Shown here in pieces: positions 18,601 to 30,966 of a stretch of DNA of 64,000 nt (positions are counted from its first letter, which is position 1; each line of letters opens with the position of its first letter). The translations under genes were made by a program, and so were the position numbers. The stretch comes from Roseibacillus sp. (GTDB lineage Bacteria > Verrucomicrobiota > Verrucomicrobiia > Verrucomicrobiales > Akkermansiaceae). The notes below the pieces were generated by a model. That model was given only the letters and a program-made list of their open reading frames with translations, did no database searches and was not told the origin of the DNA. The stretch is from contig JBPOGI010000002.1 of assembly GCA_051251855.1 (NCBI GenBank), positions 576,001 to 640,000 of the forward strand. The letters are read 5' to 3'.

Positions 18601-19884
18601 TTAGACCAGCATGAGGGCGGGGTTCTCGATAAGCTTCTTAATCTCAGCGAGGAACTGGGCGCCGACGGCTCCATCGACGACGCGGTGGTCGCAGGAGAGT
18701 CCGAGGTTGAGGCGAAGACCTGGCTTGATTTCGTCGCCAACGACTACGGGCTTCTTGACGATGTTGCCCACCGATAGGATAGCGGCTTGAGGAGGGTTCA
18801 CGATAGCATCAAAGGAATCGACCCCGTAGGCTCCAAGGTTGGAGATAGTGACGGTGCCACCATCGAACTCGTTGGGGCGAAGCTTACCCTCGCGGGAGCG
18901 AGCGGCGATTTCTTTGATCTCTCTGGAAATCTGAAGCAGGGACTTGGTCTCAGCATTTTTGACGACAGGAGTTACCAAGCCATCGTCGACGGCGACTGCG
19001 ACGGAGATTCCGACAGAAGCATATTGAATGATGTGGTCGCCGGCGAAAGAGGCGTTGACCTCAGGGACGGCAACGGAGGCATTGATGAGTGCCTTAACGA
19101 TGAAGTCGTTGATGGTGTATTTGTTGCCCGTGGTTTGCTCGGCCTGCTCGTTGATCTGCTTGCGCAAGTTCATGAGGGGGGCGGCATCGACTTCCACGTG
19201 GAGGTAGAAGTGAGGGATGGTCTGCTTGGAGGTGAGGAGGCGTTCCGCAATGATTTTGCGCATGCTGGAAAGCTCGATGCGCTGGTCTTCGCCGGACGCG
19301 ACAGGATTGATAGCCTGGCGGGCTGGGGCAGATTTGGCTGCAGGAGAGGCTGCCGCAGGCTTACTGGCGGCGGCTGATGAACCTGAGGAAGCTCCTTCGA
19401 CATCTTTCTTGGTGATGCGACCCCCGGGGCCTGAGCCGGTGACGGTGGCGAGGTCGACTCCGGATTCTTCCGCAATCTTGCGGGCGAGAGGAGAGACTCG
19501 TAAGCGGGAGCCGTCGGCAGATTGGACGGGAGCGGCAGCTGGTTTGGCAGCGCTTGCGGCTGGTGCGGGGGTGGCAGATGCGGCTTCTTGTTGAGCCGGC
19601 GCAGAAGCGGGCTTGCTCTCGGGGCTTGCGGCAGGGGCTTCTCCGCCCTCATCTCCGAGAATACCAATCACGGTTCCGACGGCAGCCTTTTCGCCTTCGC
19701 CGACGATGATTTTGGTCAAAATGCCTTCGTCGAACACTTCCATTGCCATGGTGGCTTTGTCGGTCTCGATTTCAGCAATTTCATCGCCGATTTCGACGGT
19801 GTCGCCTTCTTGCTTGAGCCAGCGGAGGATGGTGCCTTCCTCCATGGTGTCGGAGAGCTTGGGCATTTCGAGTTCTGAGGCCAT
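18601..19884 (-). CDS. pdhC: Pyruvate dehydrogenase E2, dihydrolipoamide acetyltransferase
   Basis: Lipoyl domain ETDKA, E3-binding domain (SPLARKIA...GSGPGGRI), catalytic DHRVVDG. Confidence 0.93.
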   Translation of the reverse strand: MASELEMPKLSDTMEEGTILRWLKQEGDTVEIGDEIAEIETDKATMAMEVFDEGILTKIIVGEGEKAAVGTVIGILGDEGGEAPAASPESKPASAPAQQEAASATPAPAASAAKPAAAPVQSADGSRLRVSPLARKIAEESGVDLATVTGSGPGGRITKKDVEGASSGSSAAASKPAAASPAAKSAPARQAINPVASGEDQRIELSSMRKIIAERLLTSKQTIPHFYLHVEVDAAPLMNLRKQINEQAEQTTGNKYTINDFIVKALINASVAVPEVNASFAGDHIIQYASVGISVAVAVDDGLVTPVVKNAETKSLLQISREIKEIAARSREGKLRPNEFDGGTVTISNLGAYGVDSFDAIVNPPQAAILSVGNIVKKPVVVGDEIKPGLRLNLGLSCDHRVVDGAVGAQFLAEIKKLIENPALMLV

Positions 19885-19982
19885 ATGTAAAGATGTGAGA
19901 GGTTGTGGTTAGGGTGCCTTGCGCGCAGCACCTGTAGCAGTGCTTTAGGGAAGAGTCCAGAATCCTGCGACGAGAATCCAGA

Positions 19983-20723
19983 CTAGAAATTGCGAAATTG
20001 GGCCATCGTGGCCTCAATTGCTGCTAAATGGGCGTTTACGCGGGTTTCGAGAGGGGCAGCATGGGTCGGGGTTTCGAAAGTGAGGGAGAGGGAGCAGCCT
20101 TTTTGGGAAAGAAAGAGCGCTTCGGGGTAGCCGCCTTCTTCGGTGGTGAATTCGGTGAGATCAGGCAGCTCTTCTTTGAAGAACCAGCCATCTCCCGTGC
20201 TTTCGCGGCCATCGATGAGGGGGCCAGGCTCGATAGGGAGGTGGGCGGAGACTTTTTCGAAAATGGCGGGGTGGATGGTGGGTCGGCCTGCGAGCTGGAT
20301 TTCGTAGAAATAGAATCCGGTGGCGTCGTAGTCTTCGTGGAGGGAAATGAAGAGGTCGGGGGTGGGTTGTTGCGCAAGCCAAGCGAGGTGTGCTTGGATT
20401 TCGGGGGAGCGGGGGTGGTGATAGTCGCGATTCAGGTCAAGGCCCTCCGCGTTTTCGCGAGTGCCCAGAGCAATGCCGGTGGGATTGAGGAGGGGGGTGA
20501 CCAACCAGTTGAAGTCGGATGAGGGGCTGTTCTCAAGAAATGCGAGGGCCGCGAGAGGGCCTGCGGGCTCGTCGCCGTGAATTCCAGAGGAGAGGAGAAC
20601 GGTGGGGCCGTTGGAGGGGCGGGTGTAAGCAGGGATCTCGGGAGTGATTTCCTGCGAGGAAAATCCCTGTTGAGCGGCGGTTGTGTTGAACCGGGAGAGA
20701 AGTTCTTTCGGGTCAAGAGGCAT
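19983..20723 (-). CDS. M14 family zinc carboxypeptidase (AstE/MpaA-like)
   Basis: GIHGDE, NPTG...TREN..G.DLNRD, SLHED, TFETP. Confidence 0.85.
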   Translation of the reverse strand: MPLDPKELLSRFNTTAAQQGFSSQEITPEIPAYTRPSNGPTVLLSSGIHGDEPAGPLAALAFLENSPSSDFNWLVTPLLNPTGIALGTRENAEGLDLNRDYHHPRSPEIQAHLAWLAQQPTPDLFISLHEDYDATGFYFYEIQLAGRPTIHPAIFEKVSAHLPIEPGPLIDGRESTGDGWFFKEELPDLTEFTTEEGGYPEALFLSQKGCSLSLTFETPTHAAPLETRVNAHLAAIEATMAQFRNF

Positions 20724-20760
20724 GGGGCGTGAGGTGGCGTCTGAGTGCCGTTCCTTTCTT

Positions 20761-21861
20761 TTACCAACTGAATTTGTGCACCATCGTGTGCAAGTAAGTT
20801 TCGCCGGGGTGGAGAATACAGTTTGGGGACTGAGGATTGTTCGGCCCGTCGGGGAAGGTTTCAGTTTCTAAGCAGAAAGCAGAGCGGCGTTGGTAAGGAA
20901 CGCCACCTTTGCCCGGAGTCACCCCATCAAGATAATTAGCGCCATAGAATTGAACTGCGGGCTGATTCGTCGAGAGCTCCAAAGAACGTCCGGTAACTGG
21001 GTCGGTCGCTTTCGCGGCGATGCGTAATCCTTCTCCGTTGATGACCCAGGCGTGATCGTAGCCATTTCCTTGGATGAGGGAGGGGTAGTCTTCTTCGACC
21101 CGAAGGCCCATCGCAGTCGGCGTTCGAAAGTCCATGGGAGTTCCGGCTACGGGCTTGCGTTCGCCGGTGGGAATCATCCCCTCATCGGTGGCGAGGTAGT
21201 TGTCAGCATTGAGAGTGAGGAGGTGGTCGCTAATGGGGGTGGTGGGGTCCCCCGAGAGGTTCCAGTAGCTGTGATGGATGATGTTGATGGGGGTTGCGCG
21301 GGTGGTGGTGGCTTCGGCTTTCCAAGTGAGTTCATTGGACTCGTTGAGGGTATAAGTCACGGTCACACTGAGGTCGCCAGGATAGCCTTCTTCGCCGTCT
21401 ACGGAGAGGTAAGTGAGTGCGACCCCGTTGGGGATGATTTTGCTTTTCCAAAGTTTGTGGCTGAATCCTTCGAGTCCGCCGTGCAAATGACAGGGGATTC
21501 CCGCGGGATCATTGTTGGTGGCGAGGTCGTATTTCATTCCCTCCAAAGTGAAGGAGCCCTTCGCAATGCGGTTGCCAAAGCGGCCGACGGTGGCTCCAAA
21601 GTAAGGGTCGTTGTCCTCCCAGCCCGCAAGATCGTCGAATCCGTGAGTGAGGTCTTTGACTTGGCCCTCGCGGTCGGGGACAAAAACGTTGGTGAGCAGG
21701 GCCCCGAATTCGGAGACTTTCGCGATGATACCGTTTTGATTGGTGAGGGTGAAAAGTCTCGCCTCGCGACCGTCTTTTAGTTTCCCAAAGGTCTCCGCTG
21801 TGACCTGACAGCCTGTGCCTTGAGAGGCGTCTTTGTCATTGGGAGCATCGGCGGTTAACAT
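20761..21861 (-). CDS. galM: Aldose 1-epimerase (galactose mutarotase)
   Basis: GATVGRFGNRI, HLHGG, EEGYPG, HSYWNL, GYDH, FCLETE..PD. Confidence 0.93.
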   Translation of the reverse strand: MLTADAPNDKDASQGTGCQVTAETFGKLKDGREARLFTLTNQNGIIAKVSEFGALLTNVFVPDREGQVKDLTHGFDDLAGWEDNDPYFGATVGRFGNRIAKGSFTLEGMKYDLATNNDPAGIPCHLHGGLEGFSHKLWKSKIIPNGVALTYLSVDGEEGYPGDLSVTVTYTLNESNELTWKAEATTTRATPINIIHHSYWNLSGDPTTPISDHLLTLNADNYLATDEGMIPTGERKPVAGTPMDFRTPTAMGLRVEEDYPSLIQGNGYDHAWVINGEGLRIAAKATDPVTGRSLELSTNQPAVQFYGANYLDGVTPGKGGVPYQRRSAFCLETETFPDGPNNPQSPNCILHPGETYLHTMVHKFSW

Positions 21862-21984
21862 ACTTGTGAGAATAGACCGGAGGCGTTTGAGGGCACAACC
21901 TCAGAATTTCTACCGGCTTGGGGGAGTCTCAGAAAAGGTGCGCTGAATTCTTGAACGGTAAGGCGAGGCGACTAGGTTTTCCGC

Positions 21985-23037
21985 ATGCCGATTGATGTCG
22001 AATTGCTAGCAAAGATTTGTGAGGTCCCCGGAGCACCAGGATTTGAGAAGCCGATTAGGGATCTTGTTTTGGAGGAGATTGAAGGGCTGGCCGATGAAGT
22101 GCGAGTGGACGCGATGGGGAATGTGGTGGCGCTGAAGAAAGGAGCTTCTGCTGACCAAAAGGCGATGGCGGCGGCGCACATGGACGAGATTGGTTTCATC
22201 GTGACCCATATTGATGAGAAGGGGTTCATTCGGTTCAATCCGCTGGGTGGATTCGATCCCAAGACGCTCTCAGCACAGAGGGTCATCGTCCACGGTCGGG
22301 AAGATGTGGTGGGTGTGATGGGCTCGAAGCCGATTCACATCATGTCACCAGAGGAGCGGAACAGGAATGTGAAGCTACAGGACTTTTTCATTGATACCGG
22401 GATGCCGAAATCTCAAGTGTCGAAGTTAGTGGAAGTGGGGGACTCGATCACCCGCGAACGCAAGTTGATTGAGATGGGAGAGTGTGTGAACGTGAAGTCG
22501 CTGGATAACAGGGTTTCGGTTTTTCTACTGATAGAGACTCTCAAGGTGTTGAAGGATAAGAAGCCGACGTATGATTTCTATGCCGTCTTTACGGTTCAGG
22601 AAGAGGTAGGGATTCGAGGAGCGAATGTTTCGGCGCTAGAGATTCAGCCTGATTTTGGTTTTGGGTTGGATACCACGATTGCTTACGACGTTCCTGGTTC
22701 AAAGCCGCAGGAGCGTTGCACTGAGTTAGGCAAGGGAGTGGGAATCAAGATTATGGATAGTTCCACCATCTGTGATCGGCGCATGGTGAGCTACCTGAAA
22801 GATTTGGCAGAGAAAGAAGAGATTACTTGGCAGCCTGAGATTTTGGCGGCGGGCGGAACGGATACGGCAGGTCTTCAAAGAATGAGTCCCGGAGGTTCGA
22901 TCGCAGGGGCAATTTCGATTCCGACGCGGCATATTCATCAAGTGATCGAGATGAGCCACAAGAAGGATATTCAAGGTGGAATTGACCTCTTGGCTGCAGC
23001 GGTTTGCAATCTCGATAGCTGGGATTGGACTCCATGA
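21985..23037 (+). CDS. M42 family aminopeptidase
   Basis: AAHMDEIG, KSLDNR, TVQEEVG.RGA, GGTD, PTRHIH. Confidence 0.93.
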   Translation: MPIDVELLAKICEVPGAPGFEKPIRDLVLEEIEGLADEVRVDAMGNVVALKKGASADQKAMAAAHMDEIGFIVTHIDEKGFIRFNPLGGFDPKTLSAQRVIVHGREDVVGVMGSKPIHIMSPEERNRNVKLQDFFIDTGMPKSQVSKLVEVGDSITRERKLIEMGECVNVKSLDNRVSVFLLIETLKVLKDKKPTYDFYAVFTVQEEVGIRGANVSALEIQPDFGFGLDTTIAYDVPGSKPQERCTELGKGVGIKIMDSSTICDRRMVSYLKDLAEKEEITWQPEILAAGGTDTAGLQRMSPGGSIAGAISIPTRHIHQVIEMSHKKDIQGGIDLLAAAVCNLDSWDWTP

Positions 23038-23041
23038 AAAG

Positions 23042-23102
23042 GGAGCGAGGACATTGCTGTCCTTGGGTAAAATAGTCAGGGACAGGAATGTCCCTGCTCC
23101 AT
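23042..23102. repeat. Inverted pair of family-2 REP-like palindromes
   Basis: Diverged copy GGAGCGAGGACATTGCTGTCCTTGG at 23042-23066 faces 23075-23102, which is identical to 3071-3098; located between convergent genes. Confidence 0.78.
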
Positions 23103-23106
23103 CTAC

Positions 23107-25815
23107 CTACAAAATCGGTTCTAATTTCTCTTCGAGCTTTCGAGCCGCCTCATCGGACAAGGGACGGTTGTTCTCGTCGAGGATGTAGAAGGCATCTAGT
23201 GCCACCCCCTTTTCGGTGCAGATACGGGCGTGGGTGATGGAGTGATTGGCGTCTTCGATGGTTCCAAGAATGTCGTGGAGGAGTGCCAGGCGGTCGATGG
23301 CTTGGACCTCGATGACGGTGTAGACGGGATCGATGTCGTTGCGCACCATGGCTCGGGTGGGAACGGTGAAATCGGTGATGGGCCCTTCGTCGAGGTAGTT
23401 CTTGGGCTTTTCGAGATACTTGGCGGGGTCGTAGCCTTCTTTGCTGGAGAGTTCGTAGAGAGTGGTGACGAAGGAGAGTTGATGAATCTTGTCGGAGACT
23501 GCTTCTTCGTCGGAGGTGGTGACGCGGAAAAGGTCGAGCACGGTGCCGTCTTCGCGAGTGTAGACGTCTGCGGAGAGAATGCTGATTTCATGAGCAGCCA
23601 AAGCGGCAGAGATTCGGCGCAGAAGGCCCGGGCTGTTTTCGGCGGCGATGATTAGTTCGCTGTAACCGTCTTTGGGATGCTCGATCCAGCGTACTGCGCA
23701 TTCGAAGTCGGAGTCGGGACGTCTCTTGCGACGTTCGCGGTATTGTCCGATGGCGCGCAGGTGGTGGCGAATGGAGCGGGCGGTTCGGAAGCGGAAGTAG
23801 CGCTTCGGCATTTGCTCAAAGTGACCGTCGATAAGGTCGGTATAGCGCTGGGTGAGGCGGGCGCCGACTTTTTCGCGAAGCTTCTCCAATTCTTTGCGGG
23901 CAGCCGCATCGTATTCGGCCTCTCCCTTGGTGAGGAAGGAGCGGGTGGCGCGGTAGAGTTGGAGCATGAGGGTTTCTTTCCAACTCGACCATGCTTCTTC
24001 GTTGGTGCCGTTCGCGTCGGCAAAGGTGAACAGTAGGAGTGAGTCCAAGTTGTGCTTGGTCTTCATCTGGGCCGCAAAGTCTCCGATGACTTCAGGGTCG
24101 GAAAGGTCCTTGCGAGTGGCGATGGAAAAGAGAGAAAGGTGCTGGTCGACGAGGAAAATAATGAGCTTGCGACGTTCTCCTTGGACAACGAGTCGGCGAC
24201 AGACTCGGTCGGTGAGAATGGCGGAGCCATCAATATGTTCTTCTACTCCCATCGCCCGGCCTGAGTCGTGCATGATGAGGGCGAGATACATGGCATAGGG
24301 ATCCTCGTGGTTGATGAGGAGGTCGCGGTAAATAGTTTGGGTCGGATCCTTGGAGTCGATGAGGGCGTCCATCTGGTCGATGCAGCGCAGAGTGTGTTCA
24401 TCGGCGGTATAGCGATGAAAGAACTCGTGCTGAACGAGGAACTCCATCTTTCCGAATTCGGGAAGAAAGAGTCCGAGAACTCCTACGCGATGCATCATGC
24501 GCAAGGGAGTTCCCACCTTTCCCTTTTGGCTTAGAATGAATTGGAAAGTGTCGCGGTTGGTCTTGGCGTTTCGGAAGGATTGGTCAATGAGGTGGCGGTG
24601 GGCCTTGATTAATTTTCGAAGGTCGGGAGAGGGAGAAAGGTCGAACTTTTGGCAGAGCCTGAACAGGGCCAGGAGGTTGGATGGCTCGTCGATGAAGACG
24701 GTGGGGGATTTGGAAAAGAGGCGTCCTTCTTGCGCGTAGAAGAAGTCGAAGGTGCGGTCAGGTTTGGTTTCGGTGGGCTTACCGAAAATATTTTTGGGGT
24801 GAATCTTTCCTTCCAGCTCCGCGATTTCGAAGATGGTTTCGGTGTGCTGCCGGATGCGTCGAGCATTGCGATAGTAGTCGCGCATGAGTGCTTCGATACG
24901 CTTGAGCAGATTGCGGCTGGGGTAGCCGAAAAAGTTGGCGACAGGACCTTGGCGGCGAAGAGTGAGAACATCGGCATTGGCTCCCTCACGATAGTGTAAG
25001 TCGTTGCGAACCCGGATGAGGAACTCGAAGCCCTCCTTCATTTCTTCGGCGGCATTTTTCGAAAGGATGCCTTTTTTTCGCAGTTCATCTAAATCGCGGG
25101 TTTGGAAGAGTGCGTCAGAGATCCAAAGTAGGTTGTGGTAGTCGCGGAGAGCTCCCGGGGATTCTTTGACGTTGGGTTCTTGGAGAAAGACGGTGTCGGA
25201 ATAAGAGTTGTAACGGTCGGCGAGGTCCTGGCGCCGGTCTTCGAGGAAAGCGTCGAGCTTCTTCTCAATGACTTCTTTCCGAAAGCGTGCTTGGAAGGAC
25301 TCGAAGAGTGCTTTGTCGCCGATCAGAAGGCGGGAGTCGAAGAGGGTGGTGCGCGTGTGAGAATCGTTTTGGCCTTCGAAGACACATTCCTTAATCGAAC
25401 GACAGGCCTGCCCCACTTTGAAGCCCAAGTCCCACAGCGGGTAGAGGACGGCGTCGATAAAGGCTTTCTCAGATTTCCCGAGTTTTGGCGCTGCTTTTGG
25501 CAGTAGAAAAAGGAGGTCGAGGTCGGAGCCTGGATTGAGATAGCCGCGGCCATAGCCACCGTTAGCCACGAGGGTGATCTTGTGCGAGGGGCCTTGCAGT
25601 TCTGCCATCTCGAAGAGGCGAGTCATGAGGTGGTCGATTTGTCCGGCTCGGCTGGCAGCGTTGTCGAGTCCGCTTTGTCCGCCTTCATGTTCTTCTTCGA
25701 GGACGCTATTGGAGCTCTTGAGGAACTCCTTGAGGGTGGTGAGACGTTCTTTAGGAGAAAGGTCAGCAAGCGCTTGCGCTTCGGGCAGGAAAGGGAGGGC
25801 GGAGGCAATCTTCAC
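23107..25815 (-). CDS. glnD: PII uridylyltransferase / uridylyl-removing enzyme
   Basis: GGYGRG.L.P.SDLDL, EPNVKESPGALRD, FHRYTADEHT, HD domain, two C-terminal ACT domains. Confidence 0.96.
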   Translation of the reverse strand: MKIASALPFLPEAQALADLSPKERLTTLKEFLKSSNSVLEEEHEGGQSGLDNAASRAGQIDHLMTRLFEMAELQGPSHKITLVANGGYGRGYLNPGSDLDLLFLLPKAAPKLGKSEKAFIDAVLYPLWDLGFKVGQACRSIKECVFEGQNDSHTRTTLFDSRLLIGDKALFESFQARFRKEVIEKKLDAFLEDRRQDLADRYNSYSDTVFLQEPNVKESPGALRDYHNLLWISDALFQTRDLDELRKKGILSKNAAEEMKEGFEFLIRVRNDLHYREGANADVLTLRRQGPVANFFGYPSRNLLKRIEALMRDYYRNARRIRQHTETIFEIAELEGKIHPKNIFGKPTETKPDRTFDFFYAQEGRLFSKSPTVFIDEPSNLLALFRLCQKFDLSPSPDLRKLIKAHRHLIDQSFRNAKTNRDTFQFILSQKGKVGTPLRMMHRVGVLGLFLPEFGKMEFLVQHEFFHRYTADEHTLRCIDQMDALIDSKDPTQTIYRDLLINHEDPYAMYLALIMHDSGRAMGVEEHIDGSAILTDRVCRRLVVQGERRKLIIFLVDQHLSLFSIATRKDLSDPEVIGDFAAQMKTKHNLDSLLLFTFADANGTNEEAWSSWKETLMLQLYRATRSFLTKGEAEYDAAARKELEKLREKVGARLTQRYTDLIDGHFEQMPKRYFRFRTARSIRHHLRAIGQYRERRKRRPDSDFECAVRWIEHPKDGYSELIIAAENSPGLLRRISAALAAHEISILSADVYTREDGTVLDLFRVTTSDEEAVSDKIHQLSFVTTLYELSSKEGYDPAKYLEKPKNYLDEGPITDFTVPTRAMVRNDIDPVYTVIEVQAIDRLALLHDILGTIEDANHSITHARICTEKGVALDAFYILDENNRPLSDEAARKLEEKLEPIL

Positions 25816-25835
25816 GGATGGATTTTGAGAGTCTG

Positions 25836-26525
25836 TTAGAAAGAAACGGCGAGCCAGATTCCGGCAAAGGCTTCGTCTGTGGCTTCGGAGTGTATCCCCA
25901 GCGAGTATCCGGCAAAAGGGGTGAGAGAGAGAAAGGAGTTTACGTTGTAGGTGAGGGAGAGTCGGCCATAGAAGTCGTTCATTCCACTACGTTCATAGTA
26001 GCTACTGACTGCGCTGATTCCGGACTCAGCCGAGAGGAAGAGGTCCTCGGTGAGGGGATGGGACCAACCGCCTTCGAGCGCGAAGTAAGCCCCTTCGGCC
26101 CCGAAGTCGTAGTGAGCCTTTGCTGCGAAGTCCCAGTCGTCATTGATGAACCATTGCGCTTTCGCTCCCAAGTCGATGCCGTCTTGGAAGAGGCTTTCGG
26201 AAAAGAGATGGTAGTCGAGAGAGGCGGTGAGGCTGAAGTCCTCGAAGTCACGCCGGAGGCTGATTCCGAAGGCGGTTTCGGCGAAGTCGTCACTGGACTC
26301 GGCGACATGCCAAGCGGCCAAACCAAGGAAGTAGTCTTCGCTGAGAGTAATTTCGGTCTCGGCCTGGGCTTCCAAAGTGGAATCGGCGAGCTGGAATCCT
26401 CTGTAGAGGTAGTTGGAGCGCAGTCCGGTGACCGTTTCGATGCCTAGGGTCAGATCTTCTTCGACCTCGGAAAAAACCGAGAGGGTTGCGATGAAAAAAA
26501 TGAAGCTAGCAGCGCGAATGGGCAC
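25836..26525 (-). CDS. Putative outer-membrane beta-barrel (TorF/Gcw_chp-like)
   Basis: Signal peptide, SNYLYRG near the N-terminus, alternating beta-strand pattern, C-terminal Phe. Start uncertain; the GTG at 26525 was chosen. Confidence 0.65.
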   Translation of the reverse strand: MPIRAASFIFFIATLSVFSEVEEDLTLGIETVTGLRSNYLYRGFQLADSTLEAQAETEITLSEDYFLGLAAWHVAESSDDFAETAFGISLRRDFEDFSLTASLDYHLFSESLFQDGIDLGAKAQWFINDDWDFAAKAHYDFGAEGAYFALEGGWSHPLTEDLFLSAESGISAVSSYYERSGMNDFYGRLSLTYNVNSFLSLTPFAGYSLGIHSEATDEAFAGIWLAVSF

Positions 26526-26758
26526 GGCGAAAGCATGGAAAGAATGGGGAGTCAGGTCAATGAAGGCTTCTGAAACAACTGTCCTCGTCGAAATGAGTGA
26601 TGATACGGGGTGAGTGTGTTGGGAGAATTTACTATTCAAGGTCCGATGTCTTATTGATTTCTAACAGAACCGAATTTCTCTTCGCGTGGAAAATTGTCAC
26701 GGCGTGCCATTGTGTCTAGTTAAACTGTGCCAAAATGTAGCGGTTTGAGAGGGTTTAA

Positions 26759-28834
<2,076 letters not shown>

Positions 28835-28843
28835 AACAAGTTT

Positions 28844-28881
28844 CCCGCTCTGGTTTCACGCGAAGCCAGAGCGGGCTTTTT
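28844..28881 (+). terminator. Terminator-like hairpin between dnaK and groES
   Basis: CCCGCTCTGGTTTC-acgc-GAAGCCAGAGCGGG followed by cTTTTT. Confidence 0.6.
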
Positions 28882-28912
28882 AAACCAAACAAACAACTAA
28901 GAAACTAAAAAC

Positions 28913-29206
28913 ATGGCTAGCATTAAACCGCTTGGAGCCCGAGTGCTTGTGAAGCGCTTGGAAGCTGATGAAGTGTCTGCAGGAGGAATCGTTCTTCCTG
29001 ACAGCGCAAAGGAAAAGCCCCAGGAGGCCGAGGTGGTCTCTCTCGGAACGGGTGGCAAAGACGACAACGGAAACGACATTACTTTCACCGTTAAGGTGGG
29101 GGATAAGGTGCTCATTTCCAAGTATGGCGGAACTGACGTGAAAGTGAACGGGGACGACCTCCTCATCCTTTCCGAGTCCGATATCCTCGGCGTTGTCGAA
29201 GACTAA
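28913..29206 (+). CDS. groES: Co-chaperonin GroES
   Basis: IKPLGARVLV, GGIVLPDSAKEKP, KYGGT. Confidence 0.98.
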   Translation: MASIKPLGARVLVKRLEADEVSAGGIVLPDSAKEKPQEAEVVSLGTGGKDDNGNDITFTVKVGDKVLISKYGGTDVKVNGDDLLILSESDILGVVED

Positions 29207-29237
29207 TTACTAACAATCTAGTAGAAGAATAAATTAT

Positions 29238-30863
29238 ATGTCAGGCAAACAATTAGAATTTGACGAAAAAGCACGCCAAGCACTCCTCCGCGGTGTGGAG
29301 AAGTTGGCTCGCGCAGTAAAAGCGACTCTTGGGCCCTCCGGTCGTAACGTGATTCTCGACAAGAAGTTCGGTTCTCCGACTGTCACCAAGGATGGTGTCT
29401 CAGTCGCTAAGGAAATCGAACTCGACGATCCTTACGAAAACATGGGCGCCCAGCTCATTAAAGAGGTCTCTTCCAAGACTTCCGACATCGCTGGTGACGG
29501 AACCACTACTGCAACTGTCCTTGCTGAAGCCATCTACCGTGAAGGCCTTCGCAACGTGACTGCAGGAGCGAATCCAATCAGCCTCCAGCGTGGTATTCAA
29601 AAGGCTGCCGAAGCTATCGTTGCTCAACTCGCTGAAATCTCGAAAGAGGTTTCCGACAGCAAGGAAATCGCTCAGGTGGCGACTGTTTCTGCAAACTGGG
29701 ACGCCGAGATTGGCAACATCATTGCGGAAGCAATGGACAAGGTTGGCAAAGACGGAACCATCACTGTGGAAGAAGCCAAAGGCATCGACACTACTCTCGA
29801 CGTTGTTGAGGGTATGCAGTTCGACAAGGGTTACCTTTCTCCTTACTTCGCGACTGATAACGAGACTATGGAGTGCAAGCTCGATAACGCTTATATCCTC
29901 ATCCACGAAAAGAAGATTTCTTCTTTGAAGGACATGCTTCCTCTTCTTGAGAAAGTGGCCAAGACGAGCCGCCCTCTCCTCATCATTGCTGAGGACGTGG
30001 AAGGTGAAGCACTTGCTACACTTGTAGTGAACAAGCTTCGTGGCACTCTTAACATTGCTGCTGTGAAGGCTCCAGGCTTCGGCGATCGTCGTAAGGCGAT
30101 GCTCGAAGACCTCGCCATCCTTACTGGTGGACGTTGTATCACCGAAGACCTTGGACTTAAACTTGAGAATCTCGAGTTGGACGACCTCGGCGAAGCGAAG
30201 AGCATTTCCATCACCAAGGAAGCGACTACAATTGTTGAAGGTAACGGAACGAGCGATGCCATCACTGGCCGTGTGAATCAAATCCGTAAGCAAATCGAAG
30301 ACACCTCTTCTGACTACGACCGCGAGAAGCTTCAAGAGCGTCTTGCTAAGTTGGCTGGTGGAGTTGCCGTCATCAATGTCGGTGCTGCTACCGAGACTGA
30401 GATGAAAGAGAAGAAGGCTCGCGTTGAGGATGCTCTTCACGCGACTCGCGCTGCTGTCGAAGAGGGTATCGTCCCCGGAGGTGGTACCGCTCTCATCCGT
30501 GCCCACAGCCAAATCGGCGACCTTGGTCTCAAGGGCGACGAGGCGACTGGTGCTGGAATCGTAGCGAAGGCTATCGAAGCCCCTCTCCGTCAGCTTTCTG
30601 CGAATGCAGGACTCGAAGGCGCGCTCATCGTTGAGCAAGTCAAAGGACGCAAAGGAAACGAAGGTTACAACGTCGCCACTGGCGAATACGAAGACCTCGT
30701 GAAAGCTGGTGTAGTTGACCCGACAAAGGTCACTCGCAGCGCCCTCCAGAACGCTTCTTCTATCTCAGGTCTGATGCTCACCACTGAGTGTCTCATCACT
30801 GATATTCCCGAGCCTGATGCTGCTGCTCCCGCTGGTCACGACCACGGTGGTATGGACTTCTAA
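29238..30863 (+). CDS. groEL: Chaperonin GroEL
   Basis: [42 protein letters not shown]. Confidence 0.98.
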   Translation: MSGKQLEFDEKARQALLRGVEKLARAVKATLGPSGRNVILDKKFGSPTVTKDGVSVAKEIELDDPYENMGAQLIKEVSSKTSDIAGDGTTTATVLAEAIYREGLRNVTAGANPISLQRGIQKAAEAIVAQLAEISKEVSDSKEIAQVATVSANWDAEIGNIIAEAMDKVGKDGTITVEEAKGIDTTLDVVEGMQFDKGYLSPYFATDNETMECKLDNAYILIHEKKISSLKDMLPLLEKVAKTSRPLLIIAEDVEGEALATLVVNKLRGTLNIAAVKAPGFGDRRKAMLEDLAILTGGRCITEDLGLKLENLELDDLGEAKSISITKEATTIVEGNGTSDAITGRVNQIRKQIEDTSSDYDREKLQERLAKLAGGVAVINVGAATETEMKEKKARVEDALHATRAAVEEGIVPGGGTALIRAHSQIGDLGLKGDEATGAGIVAKAIEAPLRQLSANAGLEGALIVEQVKGRKGNEGYNVATGEYEDLVKAGVVDPTKVTRSALQNASSISGLMLTTECLITDIPEPDAAAPAGHDHGGMDF

Positions 30864-30890
30864 GTTCGCGATTTCACAGAAATCATTTCA

Positions 30891-30918
30891 AAGCCGATCC
30901 GCAAGGGTCGGCTTTTTT
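30891..30918 (+). terminator. Intrinsic terminator after groEL
   Basis: AAGCCGATCC-gcaa-GGGTCGGCTTTTTT. Confidence 0.88.
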
Positions 30919-30966
30919 CGTGGAGCGCTAGGAGGCCTGGCGGGGTGCGACGAAGAATAGGAGGGG

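Noticed and set aside
26705..26735. Minus-strand TGGCAC hits as sigma54 promoters for the barrel/glnD genes
   Set aside because: Neither has GC at the -12 position; better read as halves of the repeated 13-mer sites.
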